Under the pieces are notes generated by a model. That model was not told the origin of the DNA and ran no database searches. It was given only the letters and a program-made list of their open reading frames with translations. Both the position numbers and the translations under genes were made by a program. Shown in pieces: positions 56,142 to 64,000 of a DNA stretch of 64,000 bases (position 1 is the first letter of the stretch; each line of letters starts with the position of its first letter). The stretch covers positions 1,798,001 to 1,862,000 of the forward strand of contig ML978124.1 of NCBI GenBank assembly GCA_010015805.1, written 5' to 3'. The stretch comes from Rhizodiscina lignyota. Lineage: Eukaryota.

Positions 56142-57069
56142 ATGTCGGCCAAAAAATCAAAGGTCGTCACCCTGAGGATCTCGCCCGAGCGTCTCCTGCA
56201 ATTCCCTCACGAGCCGAAACCCGTCGAGACGAAAACACCACGCTCCAAATCGACCACATCGTCAACCTCAACACCCTCCGCTACCCCCGCTGTCGAGCCC
56301 ACGCCCTCCTTAATGCCGTCCGAGTCGGCCGATACTCCTGCACCGGACGCTGCAACTACGGTGAACGGCTCATTAGCCGTGCCTCCACCACAGCCAGCGA
56401 GACGGAAGGGTATTCCAGGTCCTAAGCCGGGCAGCAAGAGGAACATCCAGCATACCCTCGACGGAGTGCCGAAACCTCGAGGAAAGCCCGGCCCAAAGAA
56501 GAAGCCTCGCCCGTAAGTAGTGTTTGCATATCACTGAGCCTCCACAGCCTGAACAAACTGTTTTGGATGTATTCACGCTTCTATTCCGTCTTCAATTCGC
56601 CTTCTCGCCCCTTACACTCTATATACTACCTGTCAGACACCGAACATATTCTAATACTTCTCCCAGGGGCGACTTAGTGAACGGCGAACCCTTCTCCGGC
56701 CCAGCTCCCGTCGCTCCCGCGAAGCTCAACCCGAAGGCCAACCAAGGTGCCATCAATGCCAACCTCCGTGCCCTTGACCGAACGGGCAAGCCGTGCCGCA
56801 AGTGGGAGCGCAAAGGCTTCGCGGTCAAGTCCTTCACCGGCATTATGTGGGCCGCGCCGAGCTGGAAGGCGCCGCCGAGTACACGTGCAGAGTTGAACGG
56901 CGATGTCAAGAGCGACGAGAGCAGCAGTGGCCTGGGTGATGGCATGAAGCCGAACGTCGACAGCAGTGCAGTGCCCAGCGAAGGCAGCAAGAGTGATATG
57001 AACGGCGATACGACGATGATAGACGTTGCCAGCTCACCAGCACGCCTCGTCGATACACCTGTGGCTTAA
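56142..57069 (+). CDS. INO80 complex subunit Ies4-like (DUF1711); 2 exons
   Basis: KVVTLRISPERL, PGPKPGSKR, KPRGKPGPKKKPR, PKANQGAINANLRALDRTGKPCRKW..KSFTGIMWAAPSW. Confidence 0.85.
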
Positions 57070-58143
57070 GCTCGGTTCATTATCGAATACTGGTAAGGAC
57101 ACCCCCATAATACTGCCTTTGGACGAAACAACTGTCTAGCATTACTTGCTCCTCACTTTGCTTCCCTATTGATCCCCTCTCCCCAATATCGTATGCTGTT
57201 CACGGATATAGACTAATCTCTGTCTTAGAAGCACTACTACTCCCAATCATATTCACTTAATGTCAACTCTATGGTTAAGAGAAATTCTCGAAAGGGAACG
57301 AAAAAGAAGCGTTTACCATTCATCTGGTGTGAAGCATCCCAAGACGTTATCACTTGTCGGAGAACTCAGACACCATACACCATTTTATCCCGCGTCTGGT
57401 CGAGATTCTTCAGTCTTCTTCATGTTTTCAGGACGAGGGGCTTATTAGCGGGCGTCCAGGAAAATGTAGACTATAGGGGACACATTAGTTTTGTTTTCTC
57501 ATAATCACAGGAAGGGCAATGGTATCGGGGGAAGGGGACTACCTCATATCTGAACGGCATTGCATGGGATAGGCGTTTTGTTCGGCTAGGTACTGGGACG
57601 CGTGACACCTTAACTGACGAAGCTCACGTGGCACTTGTATTACAGCTTCTGCAAATGAGCATAACATCAAACTTGGAACGCAAGTGACTTTTGATATTGG
57701 AATTAGAAACGTAACTAGCCATGTTTTGACGATTAATCATTTCGCGGCTAGTTGATCGATGACAGAGGAAGTACCTCTACCCTGCTTTCCACCTCCCCGC
57801 CACTCTTCTCCACATCCGGCATCACGTCAATCCACGAGCTCTGTTTTCGCCTGCCACCTTCCCATCTACCCCGAAACGGTCTATCGCAACCTCCCAGGGT
57901 GTACGAGATGAAGGGTTTCGATCAGGGAGTGAAGTCCAGTGTCCCGAATCATCGCTGATCTGGCGAGCATCGGTGCATATCAACGACACTTCACTCTGCG
58001 GCAACAAACCCACCCACGGCCGCAACAAGCCTCGACCTCTTACCCTGCTTCCCCACAAGCCGGATCACATAGTTCGAACAAACTCCACTCTTACAAACTC
58101 CTGAACTAGCTCCCTCTTCATTGGCGGGCACGTTCCCGCGGCG

Positions 58144-60624
58144 ATGTCCTACAACTCAAACCAACCCTCGGGCTCTGGTCCTGGCTTCCGCCGCACTTCC
58201 TACGCGTCTGTTGCAGCAGGCACCGCAGGCCCAACCTCATCATCTACCTTTCAGCAGCACGGTCGCTCCGTCTCTCACACAATGAACCCCTCGGCGACCG
58301 GTTCCTCTTATCCGCCTCCGAGTCACCTCTCACGACAACCTTCACGTGGTATGGGCATGGATATGGATCACAACGCAACATCTTCATCTTGGGGAGGCCG
58401 GAACAGTATGCCTGGCTATTCGAGTTCGTTCAGTTACGGCACAAGCATGGGCAACAGTGGTCCGCTTGGTGGATTAGGCGTTCCAGAGCTGCAGATACCG
58501 CCGTTCTTCGTGCCTTCGTACCTGAAAGGTTCGCGATATGCAGAGAAGCTGGAAGAGGCGCACAAGGCGCGTGTGGCAGCAATACGAGACCCTCCTCGCA
58601 ATCGGTCCCCACATTCCTCGACTCCAGGCTCCCTATCAACAAGCGCGTCGTCCGCAAATATACATAAGATGGTTCCGAGCCATCGCGGAATGACGCACGA
58701 CATCATCGAGCGGGCACCTCCGCTCTTTGTTGAGGAACCACCACCGCCTCTTCCGACACGATGGAGCGACATCGATAAGCACAAGGGAGCAGATGTGCGA
58801 GGAGATGGCTTGGAGGTTGCGTTTGCAGGCGCAGGTGTCAAGACGCCGCACAACGGGAACAATGAGGAGGCAAGCGCGGTGAGGGCGGATTCACCCATGC
58901 CAAGGCAGGCGGGCATATATTACTTTGAGTGTCAAGTCCTGTCAAAGAATAAGGATGTGTACGTGAACATTCCCTGTAGCTTCGTGTGCGCTGCAATCAT
59001 ATGCAGGATCGAAAATTGCTGTGATGGGGCTTAGAAAAGCTAACAAGTTTTCAGGTGGATCGGCATTGGCTTCTGCGGCCCAAAGACACCTCTCGAACGA
59101 CTACCTGGCTGGGAGCAAGAGTCCTGGGCATTGCATGGTGACGATGGACACATCTTTAGCAGCCATTCGACGGGCAAGATTTACGGAAACAATACCAACT
59201 TGAGGTACGGGGCTCTCGATGTCATCGGATGTGGAGTCAATTTCAGGACCGGGCAAGCGTTCTTCACCAAGAACGGAATTCACTTAGGCACAGCGTTCAA
59301 TAACATCAGGAGCGAGAGGTTGTTCCCATGCGTGGGCATGAAGAGGCCAGGAGAGATGGTCCGAGCAAATTTCGGACAGACTCCGTTTGTTTTCGATATC
59401 GATTCGTTGGTTCAGGTGAGGGCTTTCTACCCCCTTCACACATACTAGGTTATATGCTGACATACTGTAGCGAGAGAGGTTGGCTATCGAAGAAGAAGTT
59501 CGCAAGACGAGCGTATCGACAATAAGTCCTGCTCCGATGAGCGAAAATTCACTCATCCAGAAGCTAGTTGCACAATACCTGGCAATGGATGGATATGTTG
59601 AGACAGCACGTGCGTTTGCGGCTGAAGTACGTACGGAGTCAAAGGCGCTGTCAAATGGTGGCGTGCCAAGTCCACCCATTGCAGACTTGGAGCCAGAGGA
59701 AGATCAGCATGCAGTCAATAGGCAACGTAAGTTTACTTCCCTTCTCCCCGTTTACGAACACCAGCAGTTACTAAAATACAGCAGGTATAAGAGCAGCCAT
59801 CTTGCAGGGTGACATTGACCATGCGCTCAAACTCATGGAGCACAAGTACCCTTCCGTGCTCAAAGAGAACGAGAACATCGATTTCAAGCTCAAGTGTCGA
59901 AAATACGTCGAGATGATTCGCAAGCTAGACGAAGCGCGTCACAGACAGTACGAGCCACCGTCCCCATCAATATCAATTAAGAAGTCAGGAGCAGGCGTGA
60001 TTGGAACGCAAGAGTCCAATGGCCTCTCCTCCAGCGTCGTGGATGAATTCAGCGACGTTTTCGGCGTGGGACACCAAATGGAGCTTGATGATCAGTTGCA
60101 GCTCAGCGTTGAGCAGAGCACGTCGAATTCGAACCGCTTCGCATCTTCTGCGATCAATGGCGCCGAACGCATGGACATGGACAGCCGACCAATGACCTCG
60201 AATGGAAATGTGGACGACTCCACAGAGTCCAAGACATATGCAGAGCTATTGCAGGATATGCTCAAGTACGGACAAGAGCTGAATCAGGAATTCAAGGACG
60301 ATCCGAGACGTGAGGTCAAGAAGGCGCTCGAGGAGACATTTGCTCTCATCGCCTACGCGGAGCCGCATGCTGGACCTCTGGCAGGTCTTTTGGACGAGTC
60401 AGGCAGGGTTCCGGTGGCAGAGGAGTTGAATGGCGCAATCTTAGGTATGTCTTCCCTCTTTGGATACCAGATAAACATGCTAAAGTACTTTAGTATCGCT
60501 GGGCAAAGCATCGAGCTCCGGTCTTGAACGGCTGGTACAACAGACTGAGGTTCTTGTCGAAGAGCTAAGCGGGGATGGAGGCGTAGGGGCGTTCGTCAAT
60601 GTCGGAGGTGGCTATCTGCGGTAG
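58144..60624 (+). CDS. RanBPM/RanBP10 (Gid1/Vid30-like) SPRY-LisH-CTLH-CRA protein; 5 exons
   Basis: AVRADSPMP..IYYFEC, LPGWEQESWALHGDDG, DVIGCGVNF..FFTKNG (SPRY); LVAQYLAMDGYVETARAF (LisH); GDIDHAL..FKLKCRKYVEMI (CTLH); FALIAY..RVPVAEELNGAIL (CRA). Confidence 0.93.
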
Positions 60625-61918
60625 TCATTGTGGCCTCATGTTTCACTCTACTCAACTTGCTCTCATAGTTCATCGATTTGCATTTTTGGAGCGCTCGTGG
60701 CGTTGCAGAGGAGCAGCAAGAGCCGAGGATCAATCATCGATCAATGTCATTGGCTCTGAATAACTCTCACGAGGGAAAGACTGGACCTTTTCATTTTATG
60801 TTTCTCTGACTTTGGCAATCGCACAGCACGGCAGTTGGATGCTCCCCTTGCATGGAGCGAATGGGATCCGAGGAAGATTCCTTCTGAGTTGCAGCTTGTC
60901 TTCACTTTGAGGCAAAGGATAACGAGGCAGAGAAGATGATCGGCATACTGTATATAGCCTGCCTCGCCCCGCCTGTTGAAATCAATCATCGCCCAAGCTT
61001 GAAGCCAGCTCCTGCATACCGCCTCCGAGTCTTGGTGCATATCAACCCGGCTTCATGCTGGCTGTCGGCCGAGAGATCTGTGATCTGGAGCTCCATCAGG
61101 GTCCATGTTCCTCAGGAAATAGTTGAACGGAAAAACATCCGAGCAACGAGTCATGGCCAGTTGGCCTTTCGCTACAAGGCAGGTGAGAGCATACTGTATG
61201 CTCTAGACCGTGGCAAACAGGGATAGAAAACTTCGCTGCTCAAATTCTGTGTCTATCAAGGAGAATGTTCAATCTTGAGATTCGGTGTTTTGAAGGTGCG
61301 AGACAGTTCTGGGCACCCTCCAGGGTGCTCAGTCATCACCCATCACAGGGGTAGCTGCGGGGAGCTCCTATGTCAGGCCATCGTACCACCACCCGACATG
61401 GCCGCTGGGCATTTTCACGAGCTCTTCAGGTGAATGAGTCGTGGCGACCCTATCAATTGCAGAAATCATGCCACGGCCTTTACTCGTCTTTCAATCGCTC
61501 CACGGGCCGGTCGTGCAGATTCCCATATCAGGTCTAGGTCACCCCATAGCCACCCCTCTTTACGTCACGCCGTTCCCAGTATCACAGGCCGTTGCCGTTC
61601 TCGCTCCAGAGCTAGAGCTTGAACGGAGCTCCTTCCGCCAGCTCCCGTGCATAAGAGCTTCAAATTTCTCTGAACCCCTTGCTTTCTTCAAGTTCAAGCC
61701 TCAGTTCCTACTCAATCGCATCCAGCACACCAATTGAAGCTGCAAGACCTTGGGAACGCGCCAGTCTTGCATTTTCAAGACCAGAGAGAGCATAATTGAG
61801 CTCAACGATACGTTTCGAAGCCCAAGTCCCAAGAACAGCCAGCTTTGAGATTCGCTCTCTAGGCCTAACAGAGAGAATATCGATCCTCCAGAGCTATTGA
61901 AGCTGTGGTGCATCTCTC

Positions 61919-64000
61919 ATGGACTCGCTTCCTGTTCGCACGGGCGGCTCCCCCGGGTCGGAAGTCGCCAGCATTACCGCCTATGGACCTGCGCGCTCCA
62001 CGGTCACCGATAAGCCTCTCAGCCAAGATGAGATCAAAAAGTACACGCAGTACTTCTACACGACGCTGTACTTGTGCCTCGGCATGATCTATCTCAAAGA
62101 GAACCCCTTGCTTCGCGAGCCGCTCGAGACGAAGCATATCAAAACTCGTCTGCTCGGCCACTGGGGCAGTGATGCAGGCCAGAGCTTCACGTATATCCAC
62201 TTCAATCGACTGATCAAGAAGTACGATCTCGATGCGATCTTTGTGTCCGGCCCGGGACATGGAGCACCCGCGGTACTGAGCAATGCGTACTTGGAGGGTA
62301 CGTATAGCGAGGTGTACCCGAATATGGGCGAGGACGAGGAAGGTTTGAGGAGGTTCTTCCGCCAATTCTCGTTCCCGGGTGGCATTGGAAGCCATGCGAC
62401 GCCTGAGACTCCAGGATCCCTGCACGAGGGAGGTGAGCTCGGATACAGTGTCTCTCACGCGTTCGGTACGGTCTTCGACCATCCCGATTTGATCACACTC
62501 ACCATGGTCGGTGACGGCGAGTCCGAAACTGGTCCATTGGCTACTGCATGGCACGGCACCAAGTTCCTCAACCCTATCACTGACGGCGCGGTTTTGCCAG
62601 TGCTCCACTTGAATGGATACAAGATAAACAACCCTACCGTATTAGCACGTATAACCAAGGAAGAGCTAGAAAGCCTGTTTATTGGATACGGATGGGAACC
62701 ATACTTCGTTGAGGGTAGTGAGGTGGAGAGCATGCATCAAGCTATGGCTGGAACATTGGAGCAGTGCGTCGTCAAGATAAAGGAGTACCAGAAACAAGCA
62801 AGAGATAGTGGCAAGGCATTCAGGCCAAGATGGCCAATGATTGTGCTGAGAACACCAAAGGGATGGACAGCGCCCAGGAAGCTTGACGGCAAGTATCTCG
62901 AGGGATTCTGGAGGGCACATCAGGTCCCGATTACGGATGTCCACACAAACCCCGACCACCTTAAGATCCTCGAGAGCTGGATGAAGAGTTATGGCACAGA
63001 CAAGACTCTTGACAAGAGCGGCAAGCTCATTCCCGAGCTCCGAGCCCTTGCCCCCGATGGAAACCGACGAATGAGCGCGAACCCGATTACGAACGGCGGT
63101 TCTGTGCTGAAGAAGCTGCATGTACCTGACTTCAGAGACTATGCTATCCCGGTCACCAAGGGTGGGACGCTGGAGTATGCCAGCATGCAGAACTTCGCCA
63201 AGTTCCTGAGGGATATCGTTGGGAATAATATGAGCAACTTCCGTGTCTTCGGGCCCGACGAGACGCAGAGCAACAAGCTCGACACGATATACGAGGCTGG
63301 CAAGAAGATCTGGTTCGGAGAGTACTTCGAGGAGGATGCTGATGGCGGCAACCTGGCGTTCGATGGCCGAGTTATGGAGATGCTGAGCGAGCATACTGTT
63401 GAAGGGTGGCTGGAGGGCTACGTCCTCAGTGGACGACATGGAATGCTCAACTCATACGAGCCATTCATCCACATCATCGACAGCATGGTGAACCAACATC
63501 TGAAATGGTCGGTTATCCCTTCTCCTTCCCGTGCGGAGATACACTCAGCATTGTTTCCCAATTGTTCGCATCTTTACTAACGTGGACTATATGAATAGGC
63601 TTGAGAAGTGCATCGAGGTCGAATGGCGCCAAAAAATTGCATCACTCAACATCCTACTTACAGCGACCGTATGGCGCCAAGATCATAATGGATTTACACA
63701 TCAGGACCCAGGATTCTTGGACGTTATCTGCAACAAGAGTCCAGAGGTGACAAGAATCTACCTGCCTCCGGACGGCAATTCTCTGCTGAGCGTTATGGAC
63801 CACTGCTTCCGCAGCAAGAACTACGTCAACGTGATTGTCGCCGATAAGCAGAACCACTTGCAGTATATGGATATGGATCAAGCCATCGCGCACTGCACCA
63901 AAGGCGTGGGTATCTGGGACTGGGCGTCCAGCGACGACGATTTAGAACCAGACGTCGTTATGGCGTCCTGCGGCGACATGGCAACCCAAGAAGCACTTGC
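61919..64000 (+). CDS. Xylulose-5-phosphate/fructose-6-phosphate phosphoketolase (XFP/XpkA); 3' end beyond the window
   Basis: [42 protein letters not shown], ThDP motif [49 protein letters not shown]. One intron at ~63.5 kb. Confidence 0.97.

Noticed and set aside
53535..64000. ADH plus phosphoketolase as a fermentation gene cluster
   Set aside because: They are separated by unrelated housekeeping genes (Ies4, RanBPM), and there is no evidence of co-regulation.

Overview
Eukaryotic, intron-containing DNA from a filamentous ascomycete (Pezizomycotina, inferred from GT-AG introns with CTRAY branch points and from gene content). I can support about 27 genes or gene remnants. The backbone is conserved genes: aquaporin, Som1/Flo8, BET3, U5-40K WD40, SCOC/Slo1, 14-3-3, ATPase inhibitor IF1, PP4R2, quinone oxidoreductase, DUF1479, a flavokinase-like protein, an AA14 LPMO, Tfb6, alcohol dehydrogenase, Ies4, RanBPM/Gid1 and a phosphoketolase cut off by the window end. 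Three accessory-looking stretches interrupt it. (1) 3.2-10.7 kb holds a HeLo-like/NB-ARC/TPR NLR-type gene, an orphan, and a DUF6590-type gene with MazF/PemK-like motifs. (2) 21-25.6 kb holds a hypothetical gene and decayed genes. (3) 33.6-38.3 kb holds a spliced 71-aa secreted 9-Cys peptide gene, a hidden ~2 kb non-coding array of degenerate 55-bp units, and an orphan multi-pass membrane protein. I saw no rRNA, tRNA, CRISPR or intact transposon. All family assignments come from recognising motifs by eye; no database searches were run.
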